DNA of 33,639 nt from a virus (Duplodnaviria > Caudoviricetes), in IMG/VR virus record IMGVR_UViG_3300037423_000644, positions 1-33,639 of that record. One strand, given 5' to 3'. Each line of letters begins with the position of its first letter. The stretch's first letter is position 1. This document shows, one piece after another, positions 7,112 through 16,547 of this stretch. The notes below the pieces were generated by a model. The model was not told the origin of the DNA and ran no database searches. It saw only the letters and a program-made list of their open reading frames with translations. The position numbers were made by a program, and so were the translations under genes.

Positions 7112-8326
7112 TCAAGATTTCCTCACTCCGTACAGCTTGACCTTGCCGCTTGAGATATTCCCCGTGGAAAACATGATGCGGATTGCGTTGACAACCGCCG
7201 TGGTCGCGTGCACCCCACTGCTGATGCAAGACGCATAAACACCTGCCGACACGATCGCGCTAAACGCCCCAGTCATGTACTTGCTAGAGGCCGTCCCGGC
7301 AGGGTCGTGCAGGCGTATCACCCCACTGACGCCGCCACCAGATGCGCCAGTTTGTATTGAGGGCGTCAAAAGAATCTTGTTGTCGGAGCCCGAATTGGTG
7401 GTCGCCGTTGTTGCGTCGGTGCGCTGCGCAAATGCGGCATAGGCGTAGCTGCTGCTGTCCCAACTGACGCCCGCGTTAGCGGAGGTCAATATCTGCAAAT
7501 TACTGGAGCTGGCGGGGACCAAGTTCTCCAGATGTATCTCGTACTCATCGTAGGTGGCATCAATGCTTGTCGTGAAGTCCACAGTCGCGACAGAAGAAGG
7601 TGCGGCAGTCAAGAGCAGTTGCAGCCCTTGGTTGGTCATCGCGAATGCGGTCGTGGCGAGTTGAGTTGTCGATGTCCCTGCCGCTGCTGTCGGCGCGGCA
7701 GGCGTTCCCGTGAAGGTCGGAGAGGCAAGCGGAGCAAACACACCGAACGGCAAGCTCTGGTTCGTCGCGTTCAGGAAGCCGTAGCTCACCGCCGTCACGG
7801 TGTTGTCCATCGCCGTGCTGTCGGCAGTGAAAGTCACTGTCGTTAGGCCCGTTCCTGCGCTATAGCTGGAGGCGGTGATCGTGCCGTAGAACGTCCCCGA
7901 CCCAAGCGTGTATTGCAGGCGGCGGTTGGTCTGGTAGGTGGTGGTCAGGTTTCCGGCGACAGTAAATGACGTGCCGCTGACATAGGCCGGAGTCGTCCCG
8001 GCAATCCACTCGCTGAGCGTGAGTGCATTCACGTCGTTCACGCCCGCAACGTTGTCCCACGTCCCCAGCGTGTTGCCGCTCGCATCCTTCAGGATGAACT
8101 TGTAGACTTGGCCGCCTTGCAGCCAGATTTCATTGGTGCTGCGCCCCGACGAATCCAGGACGATGGGGTTCGCGTTGGCCACGCTTTGCGTGCTGCTTGT
8201 CCACGTCGCACAAGGCGTGGTCGTTCCGGCCTGGTACGTGTACAGGTTGCCGCCGGACAGGACGACTCCGGCATTGGTGAAGAATTGCGCTCCGGCTCCG
8301 AATCCGGGGGCGAGGTAGGCACTCAT
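7112..8326 (-). CDS. tail fibre protein
   Basis: N-terminal particle-binding motif (GGNLYTYQAGTTTP...ANPIVLDSSGR); fibre repeat APLASPTFTGTPAAPTAAAGTSTTQLATTAF; Ser/Thr/Gly/Ala-rich. Confidence 0.85.
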   Translation of the reverse strand: MSAYLAPGFGAGAQFFTNAGVVLSGGNLYTYQAGTTTPCATWTSSTQSVANANPIVLDSSGRSTNEIWLQGGQVYKFILKDASGNTLGTWDNVAGVNDVNALTLSEWIAGTTPAYVSGTSFTVAGNLTTTYQTNRRLQYTLGSGTFYGTITASSYSAGTGLTTVTFTADSTAMDNTVTAVSYGFLNATNQSLPFGVFAPLASPTFTGTPAAPTAAAGTSTTQLATTAFAMTNQGLQLLLTAAPSSVATVDFTTSIDATYDEYEIHLENLVPASSSNLQILTSANAGVSWDSSSYAYAAFAQRTDATTATTNSGSDNKILLTPSIQTGASGGGVSGVIRLHDPAGTASSKYMTGAFSAIVSAGVYASCISSGVHATTAVVNAIRIMFSTGNISSGKVKLYGVRKS

Positions 8327-9657
8327 TCGCGCCCCTTGTCGTACTCGAAGTGCGTGGCGTAGCCGAATTCATGCAGCTTCGGTAATTGCTTTTCCAGCCC
8401 TTCTCCGATGTCGTCGCGAACCATCATGTTCGAGACGTGGAGCTGGTCGATGGTCTTGTAACAGCGAGAGGAGGCTTGCTTCACATCCCGGCCGAAGCCG
8501 GTCACGACGGCAACGTAATCCCCCGAGGTGTTCCACAGCGGACGGCGCACGAGCTTGTCGCCGTCCATGTCGGGAAGGATGTCGATCTTGACCGACTGCG
8601 GGTGGATGAACTTCTTGTTGCCGCGCGTCACGCCATAAATGGGAACGCCGGCGAGCTCTTTCTTCGGCACGTTTCCGTGCGGAAAGTCCCCGTGCGCGAT
8701 GATGGCGCACACTCCGATTTCCTCCTTGAAGGATGTCGTGTCTTTGCCCTCAAGCGCGTCTTTCATCCACGCGATCGGGTCGCCCTCGGTCGCGCCGAGC
8801 ATCATGTTCGCAATGGGCCATCCGAAGCGGCAGGTCCACTCCAGCGGCCACGCCTTGCCCTTCTCGTCCACCATGAAGCCCAGCGAGATATCCCCGGTGT
8901 GCCTCGTCTTGTGGATCACCTCCTCGAGCTTGCCCAGCGTTTCCTTGCCGATTTTGGAGTCGGGAACAAAAGAAGCGACAGTGCCCATCTCTCCGGTGTT
9001 GCAGCCGAAGTTGGACGGCATCAGCTTCTTGTGCTCGAAGCATTCGTTGTACTGGCCGACGAAGCCGTCTCGACCCATGAAGCGCGACACGCCGAACTCG
9101 ATGCCCTTGATGAACTCCTGCAGCATCACTTCGCCCTTGGGCTGGTTGCCCGTCTCGACGAGGCGATCCATCCACGCAATGAGGTCGGCAGGCGATTTCC
9201 CAACGTAACTCAATGCCTTGTCCTCGTTGTCGCCCAGCGTCTTGAAGACAAATCGCTCCTCGGTCTTTTCGACGTGCTTCTTGGCCTCCTGAATCGTCTT
9301 GAAGGTTTTGTAGGGAGGAACTTCGATGCCGTGCTTCTCGAGCAGCCTCATGCCGTCGCCGCGGCTGATTTCCAGCTTGGCGCTCTCCGGCGTTGGGCCG
9401 AAGACCGGGAAGCCCTGCTTGCGAAAGAAGTCGAGCTTTTCGACGTACTTGTCGTTGGACGAGGAGATGATCAGGTCGGCCCACTTGACGTGGGGAACCC
9501 AGTTGTCCACCTTCTCGATGCCCTTGAAGCCTCGACCGGTGTCCTTGCTGTTCGAGGGTTTGGGCTCAACGAACCAGCGAACGGCATGGCCCGCCATTGC
9601 TGCCCGGAAGCAATAACTGAGGCCCACGCCATCGGTGTCGATATACAGGAGATTCAA
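8323..9657 (-). CDS. PurD/GARS-like ATP-grasp amide ligase (divergent)
   Basis: FGPTPESAKLE, QEFIKGIE, EHKK...GCNTGEMG, LEWTCRFGWP and RDDIG parallel PurD motifs; TTG start with AGGAG RBS. The gene symbol is withheld because the substrate motifs differ. Confidence 0.85.
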   Translation of the reverse strand: MNLLYIDTDGVGLSYCFRAAMAGHAVRWFVEPKPSNSKDTGRGFKGIEKVDNWVPHVKWADLIISSSNDKYVEKLDFFRKQGFPVFGPTPESAKLEISRGDGMRLLEKHGIEVPPYKTFKTIQEAKKHVEKTEERFVFKTLGDNEDKALSYVGKSPADLIAWMDRLVETGNQPKGEVMLQEFIKGIEFGVSRFMGRDGFVGQYNECFEHKKLMPSNFGCNTGEMGTVASFVPDSKIGKETLGKLEEVIHKTRHTGDISLGFMVDEKGKAWPLEWTCRFGWPIANMMLGATEGDPIAWMKDALEGKDTTSFKEEIGVCAIIAHGDFPHGNVPKKELAGVPIYGVTRGNKKFIHPQSVKIDILPDMDGDKLVRRPLWNTSGDYVAVVTGFGRDVKQASSRCYKTIDQLHVSNMMVRDDIGEGLEKQLPKLHEFGYATHFEYDKGRE

Positions 9658-9661
9658 GTCG

Positions 9662-9697
9662 CGCGCACTCCTGAGCGGACATGCTCAGGGGTGAGCG
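9662..9697 (-). promoter_or_regulatory. hairpin sequestering the Shine-Dalgarno of the ATP-grasp gene
   Basis: mRNA sense CGCTCACCCCTGAGC-ATGTCC-GCTCAGGAGTGCGCG; AGGAG lies in the 3' arm. Confidence 0.5.
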
Positions 9698-9773
9698 AAT
9701 GATTTGGTAGGGGAGAAAGCGCTTTGAAGCGGCCTAAAACGCGGATAATGAGAGCCTCCACGAAGGGACGCAC

Positions 9774-9884
9774 ATGGAAGAGCACTCCACCCCCAGCGAA
9801 GACCTGAAGTACAGCGCTTGGTTCTTCGGCGGGATCGGTCTTTTTGTGTTTTTTGTCATTTACCTTGTGTGGACGCTGCTTTGA
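9774..9884 (+). CDS. antisense single-TM small protein (36 aa), superinfection-exclusion candidate
   Basis: AAGGGA RBS; MEEHSTPSEDLKYSAWFFGGIGLFVFFVIYLVWTLL; GATAAT at 9744-9749; convergent overlap with the last ejection gene. Confidence 0.6.
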   Translation: MEEHSTPSEDLKYSAWFFGGIGLFVFFVIYLVWTLL

Positions 9885-11877
9885 GATAAGCGTCTGCGTC
9901 CTCTTGGACATCCGGCGATTCGGATTTCATGGCGCGTGGCAACGCTGCCAACGTCGACCCGAAGGCGGCTGGTGACATCTTCGTGGCCTTGGCCAGCCAA
10001 TCCACGAACTTAGGATTGGTCATGAGCCGTGCCGTTAGGTTGGCCGAAGCCGCACCTCCCAGAAGCGCGGCGGCAGTCTTGTACTGACCTGTCGCTAAAG
10101 CGGTCCCAAGCGTGGCCACCTCGGCAATCTGAATGCCCGCAGAGGCCGTCCGCGACGGGTTGGCGAACACCTTGGAGCCTTCCTTGATATTGGAAGCAAC
10201 CTTGGCGATGTCATTGAGTTTCTGTGCAACTTTCCCATCTCGACCGGAAAACATCACGGCCTTGGCCTCGGGGGACATCTTGTTCCAGTTGGTCAGGAAG
10301 GTCTGCGCCGAAAAAAGCGACCCTTCCGCGTTTTGATTGCCGGCCGTTGCCTGCCCCATTCGTCGGATGAAGGCGGACCGAACAACATCCCTCTCCTCGG
10401 GTTGCAAGCTTTTCATGACGCCAGCAATCTTGCTGGCACCCGCCTGCATATCGGAGGTCGAAGTCGCGGCCTTGTAGATGTCCTCGTATGAGGATCGACT
10501 CAGGACGTTGTCCAGGACGTCTTCTATGCGGGCGTAGCCAGCCTTCGAGAAGGCATTGGCTCGACTCATCGCCTTGACGGCATTCGGGTCCATCGTCGCA
10601 ACGGCCGCTTGATCTAGATCCTGAGAGAGCGCTCCGTACAACGATTTCCATTTACTGCGCGGAACGTCGGCCGCCAAACCACCGCTTTCGAGCTCGCTGC
10701 CGACGAGCGTGCGTAGCTTCTTGATCGCTTCGTAAGGCATGCGCCCAGTCGTCTGCGCCTCCTCCAAATCTTTTTGCATCGCAGATTCGATCGCTTGAAT
10801 CTTGGCGTTTTTAAATAGCTTTGAGACGTTCTTCGCGCCCTCGATGTCTGCGTTCATGGACTTGAGCGCCTCCATCGTGTTGTCAACCTTCACAGGCGCA
10901 TCGGGCTTGATGTAGCTATCCAGCTTGTCGTACAGAGCCCTTTGTCCCGCCTTGAAGCGAGACAAGAATCCGCCATCCCCCTTTAGGCCCTTGGAGATTG
11001 CGAGTCCCGCCTGTGATGGCGTCGCCTTGGTGCTCAGGCTGTCGGCAAGTTTCTCGGCCTCAGCCCCGATCTGGTCTGCTTGCTCTGCGGCCTTGGACGC
11101 CATCTTCCCGGCGCTGCCCGGCATTTTCGACAGAGCGCTCTCTGTGGCTCGCGCAAATCTGCCTTCGGTTGCCTGCCCAGCGGTCGGCTCTGCGCCAGTG
11201 CTGCGGAAGGTGTCGATGTTCGCCCGGACCTTGGGCGCGTTTTCATCGGACCCGCGCAACAACCCCTTGACGGCTTTAGCCCCGCCATAGGGAACGGCCG
11301 ATGGCAAAATCGCCCCCGTCAAACCGGCGGCCATCTGCGCAACAGGCCCTCCTCCAGCTTCGGCTACCGACTGCGACCCGACGCCAGCCAACCCGGCCCC
11401 TAGCGTCTGACGTCCGACATCTTGCGACAGCGAACTAATCAGTTCTTTGGCGCCCGTCGGAACTGCCCGCGCCAACTTGCCAGCAACACCAGCCTGCGCA
11501 CCGACGCCAGCCATACTGGCCGCTCCGGCTTGGGCGATCCGCTCGACATCATTTTTAGGTTGCGGCAGCCCAGCGGCGTTCATTGCTCGCTCCACTGTTT
11601 CGCTGGGCAACGCCCCTTCAGATATGTTTGTCCCGGCCGCGTCGTTGATCGCACGAATGCCGACGTTCATGCCCTTGGTCAGCGGGTCGGCAATCATTGT
11701 TGGAAGGCTTGTGATCCCGCTAATGGCAGCTCGCCCCGTCAAACCCACTTGTCGAGCTATTTCACGCCCCGCTTTTTTGATCGGCTCGACGTACTCGCTA
11801 ATGTCATAGGAAGAATCGTCTGAAGGTTTTTCCCATCCATCGTCTTTCTTCGGTGGCGCTTCCCAATCTGACATCAC
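9856..11877 (-). CDS. probable DNA ejection / internal virion protein (P22 gp16-like position)
   Basis: 673 aa, Ala/Gly-rich hydrophobic N-half and helical body, FANPSRTA...LMTNPKFVDWL C-terminus; third large gene after gp10-like. Start 11877 or 11874. Confidence 0.7.
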   Translation of the reverse strand: MMSDWEAPPKKDDGWEKPSDDSSYDISEYVEPIKKAGREIARQVGLTGRAAISGITSLPTMIADPLTKGMNVGIRAINDAAGTNISEGALPSETVERAMNAAGLPQPKNDVERIAQAGAASMAGVGAQAGVAGKLARAVPTGAKELISSLSQDVGRQTLGAGLAGVGSQSVAEAGGGPVAQMAAGLTGAILPSAVPYGGAKAVKGLLRGSDENAPKVRANIDTFRSTGAEPTAGQATEGRFARATESALSKMPGSAGKMASKAAEQADQIGAEAEKLADSLSTKATPSQAGLAISKGLKGDGGFLSRFKAGQRALYDKLDSYIKPDAPVKVDNTMEALKSMNADIEGAKNVSKLFKNAKIQAIESAMQKDLEEAQTTGRMPYEAIKKLRTLVGSELESGGLAADVPRSKWKSLYGALSQDLDQAAVATMDPNAVKAMSRANAFSKAGYARIEDVLDNVLSRSSYEDIYKAATSTSDMQAGASKIAGVMKSLQPEERDVVRSAFIRRMGQATAGNQNAEGSLFSAQTFLTNWNKMSPEAKAVMFSGRDGKVAQKLNDIAKVASNIKEGSKVFANPSRTASAGIQIAEVATLGTALATGQYKTAAALLGGAASANLTARLMTNPKFVDWLAKATKMSPAAFGSTLAALPRAMKSESPDVQEDADAYLKAASTQGK

Positions 11878-13664
11878 GCCCCCCTCTTCTTGCGCTCGAC
11901 TTCTCCAGTTTCAGGGTTGACGCGGTAGTCGTACTTGTCCGGCTCGTACTTCGGCCAATACTTCAGCACGGCCCTTTCTGATACTCCAGCGGTCTTGGCG
12001 ATCGATGTCGGCTTGGGCTCTGGATTGGTTGGCGGAACTTGTCCGCCTGCACGCTTCAACTCGCGCTGAATTCCAGCAATGTCTTCGTCATTGCGCTGCT
12101 TGGCTTCTGGCGTGGCGTTCGGGTCCTTGTCCAGTTCCTCTTTTCTCTTTTGCGCCTTACTCAGCTCCTCGGTAAGAATGGCGCGCGCATCGCTGTCGCG
12201 CTTCGCCTGCTCTTTGGGATCAACGCGCGGATGATCGTCGCTCCCAGATTCAGACAATTTGCGAAGCTCTGCCTTGGTAGCGGCGGGCGCCTCCTTTGCC
12301 GCCTGCATTTCTCGCTTGAGCTGGTCGATGGCGGCCCGATAGTCGCCCTTAGAGAACGCAACGTCGAGAATTTCTCGAGCATGGTCCTTATCCGATTGCG
12401 TCGGCACACCTGTAGGCGCGATTGCCCTGGCATAAGCATTAATGAACGACAGATTCGCCGCAGCAAACTGACGAAGCTCTGGGCTGGCAGTTGCGCTTTG
12501 CGCCGCCTTCTGCAAGTCGTTAAGACTCTTGATGCCCGATCGTTTCCACTGCTCCGAAGCCTTAAGGGCAAGGTCAGATAGTTTGTCCGCCTCGTTAACC
12601 GCCATTCCGACAGTGGCAGCACGATTGCCAAGAGTTCTTTCACTGGCCTTCAGCCCCTCGAATTCGGCTACGATTTGCGCGACATCTGAACCCTTCATGC
12701 CGCGCTGCGCGGCAAGTTCGACAGCTTTCTTTCTAAGCGCCACGACGTTTTCCGCACCCTGAGCCCCTCGGCCTAAGTTCTGGAAAACCGTTCGGTCGCC
12801 AGCTAGGTATTGCTCGGCCATGGCGGTGAGGGTTGCATCGTCCAGCTTGCCGCCATCTCCTGCGTTAGCGGTCCTTAAGTTACTGACTCGCTGGAGTGCC
12901 GCCTTGTACTCTGGGCTGTCTTTCCCATACCGCTCTTCGACCGTTTGTAGCATCGCCACCGAAGCGCCGCCCTGCTCGACGGCCTTGGCTTGCGCTTCCT
13001 CTTTCGCTGCGCGTGCGTTCTTTTCTTTCAGGTCCGCTGCGGCCTTCATCTGGTCCTGCCAGAACTTGGATGTCTCCAGCGTCGTCTTCAGCGCAGTGGG
13101 CGACAGACTTGCCATCTGTTCGGCCACTTGGGGCTTGACCATGCCCGACTCCACCAGAGCCTTGATCGTCGCCTGCTTTTTCGCGTTGAACTCGTTCAGC
13201 GCAACGTCCAGCCCCTTTTCTTTTGCCGTGTCGTCGTACTCCGAGAGCAATCCAGACAGGCTTTTGAGCGTGATGTCGGTCTGCTTTTGCATCAGGCCGA
13301 GCTTGGTCTCATCCAACGATGCGAGGCGCTCCTGCGCCTTGGAGGCGCGCTCTTCCAGCACGCCTTGCCGGTCGATAAGTGCCTGATAGCCGCGCGCCGA
13401 AATCTTTCCCTTGAGACTGTCGGCGGCGCTTTTCACGCCGTCGGGCGTGTTCAGGTTCGCCCCTTCTTGCAAAGCCTGCTGGACGATTTGCTGGTCCTGC
13501 GCTTCCTGCCGTTTTTGGTCGGTGTCCATCATGACGTCGGCGAGCTTGTAGGCGCGCGCGGCCTGTCCAATCGTGTCGACGAAAGGAGGTGCGTTGACAC
13601 TCAGCGGCGTTCGCGTATCCGCCTGAGCGGGGATATTGGCAAAGGACATCGGGATCGGGTCCAT
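11874..13664 (-). CDS. probable DNA ejection / internal virion protein (gp20-like position)
   Basis: MDPIPMSF start with GAGGA RBS; helical A/K/E/Q-rich; synteny. Confidence 0.65.
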   Translation of the reverse strand: MDPIPMSFANIPAQADTRTPLSVNAPPFVDTIGQAARAYKLADVMMDTDQKRQEAQDQQIVQQALQEGANLNTPDGVKSAADSLKGKISARGYQALIDRQGVLEERASKAQERLASLDETKLGLMQKQTDITLKSLSGLLSEYDDTAKEKGLDVALNEFNAKKQATIKALVESGMVKPQVAEQMASLSPTALKTTLETSKFWQDQMKAAADLKEKNARAAKEEAQAKAVEQGGASVAMLQTVEERYGKDSPEYKAALQRVSNLRTANAGDGGKLDDATLTAMAEQYLAGDRTVFQNLGRGAQGAENVVALRKKAVELAAQRGMKGSDVAQIVAEFEGLKASERTLGNRAATVGMAVNEADKLSDLALKASEQWKRSGIKSLNDLQKAAQSATASPELRQFAAANLSFINAYARAIAPTGVPTQSDKDHAREILDVAFSKGDYRAAIDQLKREMQAAKEAPAATKAELRKLSESGSDDHPRVDPKEQAKRDSDARAILTEELSKAQKRKEELDKDPNATPEAKQRNDEDIAGIQRELKRAGGQVPPTNPEPKPTSIAKTAGVSERAVLKYWPKYEPDKYDYRVNPETGEVERKKRGA

Positions 13665-13671
13665 GCGTTCC

Positions 13672-15393
13672 TCAGAGATACTGGCCAAGGTCTTCCTGGC
13701 CGAAGTTGGTTCCCGACCCGAATCCGTAGCTGCCGTCATAGGGGTTGGTGTACGTGTACGAGTTGTCGTTCACCCCATAAGACAACGTATTTGTCGGCGG
13801 GACGTAGGTCGCGGGATTCGTCGGCGTGGCCGCAGGAGCCGGCGTGCTTGCCCTTGTTGCCGCATCCAGCGCAGCATTGCCGATAAGGCCGTTGGCCGTG
13901 TTGCCAATGGCTGCTGTGATCGCATTGGCCGAGCCCACAGTTCCGGCGGCGTTGGCATTCGCCGCCTGTTGCGCGGCGTTCGCTTGCGCCCCCGCCGACC
14001 CCATCGTCCCAGCCGCATACGTCTGCGCTGCACCCAGCGTGCCCTCCCCGTAGGCTTGTCCGATGGCTTTTTGGATCTGTTCGGAATTGAGGCCATGCTG
14101 TGCAAGAGCGGCTTGCAGTTGGTCCGTGGAAATCTGGCCGGTGTGGACCATGTTTTGCAGCGCGCCTAGCGTGAGGTTGTTCTGCGCGAGCCACTGGTTG
14201 AATGCCTGCCCCTCGAACTGCGAGGCGATCCCCTCGGCCAGCGTTCCGGCGCCGTGAACAGCGTTGGAGCTCAGTTGCTGGCCGCCCATGGCCATCTGGT
14301 TGTTCATCGCCTGCAACCCTTCGTCTCGAGCGAAGGTGAACGCGGGCATGACGTTTTCCATGTCGGCCATGCTGAACGCGCGGTTGAACTGGCCGCCCGG
14401 AGCGAGCCCCGCCGACAGCGTATTGAGCGCCGCCTTGCCCGCATCCATGTACGGCTGCTGGATGCTGCGCTGCTCATTGAGCGTAGCGTCCGCGTATCCC
14501 TGCGCACTATTGAGGCCGCTCGCCTCAAGGGCCGCCTTTTCCTGATAGCCGCCCGCCAGAATGTTCGACGCCTGACCGTAGGCCGGAGTCAGGATGTCCG
14601 CGGCCTTCTGCGCACCCGCGGCGATCTGGTTTCCCGCCGACTTCGCAGCATCAGCGGAGATTGCACCACCTGCCACGTTCGCCGCGACGCCCGCGGCTTT
14701 GAGCAGGTTGTTGCCGATGGCGTTACCGGCCGCCCCCAGCATCTGGGTAATGGTGCTTGGCGAGACGCCCAGAGTTTTTGCGACCGATTGAATGGCGCTT
14801 TGCGGAGCCGCTCCTTGTTGGACGGCCTCTTGTACAGCTTGCGTGGCTTGAGCAGCCTCCGCAGGCGCCCACGCGGTCGTATCTATGCCTGCGTTGACGG
14901 CGCCAGCGGGAACCGTGCCGCTGGTGGACGCAAGATCGCTCATCGCGTCCATGCCGTTTATTCCAGTGCTACTTCCAACGCCAACACCCTCAGTGGTCCC
15001 GCCGACAGTTCCGGCCGTTGTTGCAGCATCTGCCGAAGTGGGCGCGCCAGCGATGCCAAGGTCGCCGAACATTCCCAGCTCCCACAGCGTGCCGCCAGAG
15101 ATCAGCGCGAGCGCGATCATGCCCGCAGTGTCCAGAGCGCCGCCGTCGAGGTTCTTGCCCAGCCCCATGTAATCGCCGTTCATGCCGAACTCGGCGCGCT
15201 GCGCCAGTGCGGCGTTGTCCGTACCCGGCTGGTACTCCGCGATCATTTGCGGCGTGTAGCCGCCGTCTTGCTGGTTCGTCTGTACACCGAGGGTGGTGTA
15301 GTCCATCCCCCCAATGTTGGTGATGCCGTTCTCACCCGCAGCGATGATGCGGTTGACATCGTCTTGACTGAGGTTCTGCGTCGAAAGGGCCAT
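13672..15393 (-). CDS. probable DNA transfer / ejection protein (gp7-like position)
   Basis: A/G/Q/N-rich; QQPYMDAGKAAL...PAFTFARDEG motif like gp7-type pilot proteins. Confidence 0.7.
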   Translation of the reverse strand: MALSTQNLSQDDVNRIIAAGENGITNIGGMDYTTLGVQTNQQDGGYTPQMIAEYQPGTDNAALAQRAEFGMNGDYMGLGKNLDGGALDTAGMIALALISGGTLWELGMFGDLGIAGAPTSADAATTAGTVGGTTEGVGVGSSTGINGMDAMSDLASTSGTVPAGAVNAGIDTTAWAPAEAAQATQAVQEAVQQGAAPQSAIQSVAKTLGVSPSTITQMLGAAGNAIGNNLLKAAGVAANVAGGAISADAAKSAGNQIAAGAQKAADILTPAYGQASNILAGGYQEKAALEASGLNSAQGYADATLNEQRSIQQPYMDAGKAALNTLSAGLAPGGQFNRAFSMADMENVMPAFTFARDEGLQAMNNQMAMGGQQLSSNAVHGAGTLAEGIASQFEGQAFNQWLAQNNLTLGALQNMVHTGQISTDQLQAALAQHGLNSEQIQKAIGQAYGEGTLGAAQTYAAGTMGSAGAQANAAQQAANANAAGTVGSANAITAAIGNTANGLIGNAALDAATRASTPAPAATPTNPATYVPPTNTLSYGVNDNSYTYTNPYDGSYGFGSGTNFGQEDLGQYL

Positions 15394-15394
15394 A

Positions 15395-16162
15395 TCAGAA
15401 CGCCATCAGGTACTTGCCGTTGATCTGTCCGGCAGGAGAGGGAAGGCCGCCCATCGGCATGGGGTCAACGACGCGGCTGGTCATTGGCCCCGGAGCTGAA
15501 GGCATCACACCAGGCCCGGTGCCGGAATATCCGGCGGGCAGTGTTGCGTTCGCCAGCGGTGCCAGCGCAGGAGTCGAGGTCGTCATCGTTCCCATGGGAC
15601 GCGGCGCCGCATTGAATGCCGGCCTCACTCCTCTGGCGGCGTCTACGTGAGGAGCCTGACGACCCGGCTGGGCGTTGTGCCACGCTCGGCCTTGTCCTTG
15701 CTGCCGCATCACGGCCTGCACTTCCTGCGGCGTCATCTGCACGCGCTGGCCGTTCAAGTCCTTGTACAGCGTGGGAAGCGCGCCGGTTGCGCCAGGAGCG
15801 CGCCCGGCTTGCGACGGAGAAAGCAAGCTGCCAAGCGCCGAGCCCATCGAAAAAAGAGATGAAGCGGCCTGCGCCGGTGCGGCGCCTGCGGGCGCGCTCA
15901 TCGTGGCGGGTGCGGCAGGAGCGGCCGAAGGAATGGAACTATCGGGCGCTCCGATCCACGAGCCGTTGGCGTTCGTCTGGATGTTCTGGTTGGGGATGTA
16001 TCCAATGCCCGGGATCATCGTGGAGTTGTTCTTGATCGCCGTGTACGCATCCATGCCTTCACCGGGAAACCATCCTGGGATGGTGGACGGGTCGGTCAAT
16101 GACCATGCGGGACCGCCTGCGGTGGTCATGGCCCCCGATGGTGTTTGCAAAGCGTAGGTCAT
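15395..16162 (-). CDS. Pro/Ala/Gly-rich hypothetical (probably virion-associated)
   Basis: ATG at 16162 (MTYALQ); fills the operon gap; low complexity. Confidence 0.65.
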   Translation of the reverse strand: MTYALQTPSGAMTTAGGPAWSLTDPSTIPGWFPGEGMDAYTAIKNNSTMIPGIGYIPNQNIQTNANGSWIGAPDSSIPSAAPAAPATMSAPAGAAPAQAASSLFSMGSALGSLLSPSQAGRAPGATGALPTLYKDLNGQRVQMTPQEVQAVMRQQGQGRAWHNAQPGRQAPHVDAARGVRPAFNAAPRPMGTMTTSTPALAPLANATLPAGYSGTGPGVMPSAPGPMTSRVVDPMPMGGLPSPAGQINGKYLMAF

Positions 16163-16181
16163 TTCATGGTTCCCTTCTGGG

Positions 16182-16547
16182 CTACACAGGCTCGAAGATT
16201 TCGTAAGCGACAACGGACGTGTCCGTCGCGCTTGCCGAAGTGATGGTGAAAGAAACCCCGGCCGACCTCGCGGTGACGGCCAGGGCTTGAGGAGTCGTGA
16301 CCGTGCCCAGCGACTGCGCGGTCAGGATGATCCGGCTGTTGGCGGTGACGCTGGTGTTCGAAACCGTGGCAGAACCGGCAGACAAACTCACCTTGCCGCC
16401 GCTGATCGACTGCGCGGAATTCAGGCTGATCAGCGACAGGACGATGGACTGCAACTGCTGCAACCATCGCATCCAGCTTGTCGACAACTGACCGCCCTTC
16501 GCATCGACGGGTTCCTTGAACGGCGCGGGGCTTAAATTAAGCGGCAC
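16182..16547 (-). CDS. small tail protein (needle/plug position)
   Basis: LSTSWMRWLQQL helix followed by a Ser/Thr beta-rich domain; follows the gp10-like gene. Confidence 0.65.
   Translation of the reverse strand: MPLNLSPAPFKEPVDAKGGQLSTSWMRWLQQLQSIVLSLISLNSAQSISGGKVSLSAGSATVSNTSVTANSRIILTAQSLGTVTTPQALAVTARSAGVSFTITSASATDTSVVAYEIFEPV

Noticed and set aside
8323-9657. Calling this a true purD auxiliary metabolic gene
   Set aside because: Substrate-binding motifs are altered and there is no purine-pathway context.
9654-9911. 85-aa - strand ORF
   Set aside because: It overlaps the ejection gene, has no clear RBS, and the interval is better explained by the + strand TM ORF and the SD hairpin.
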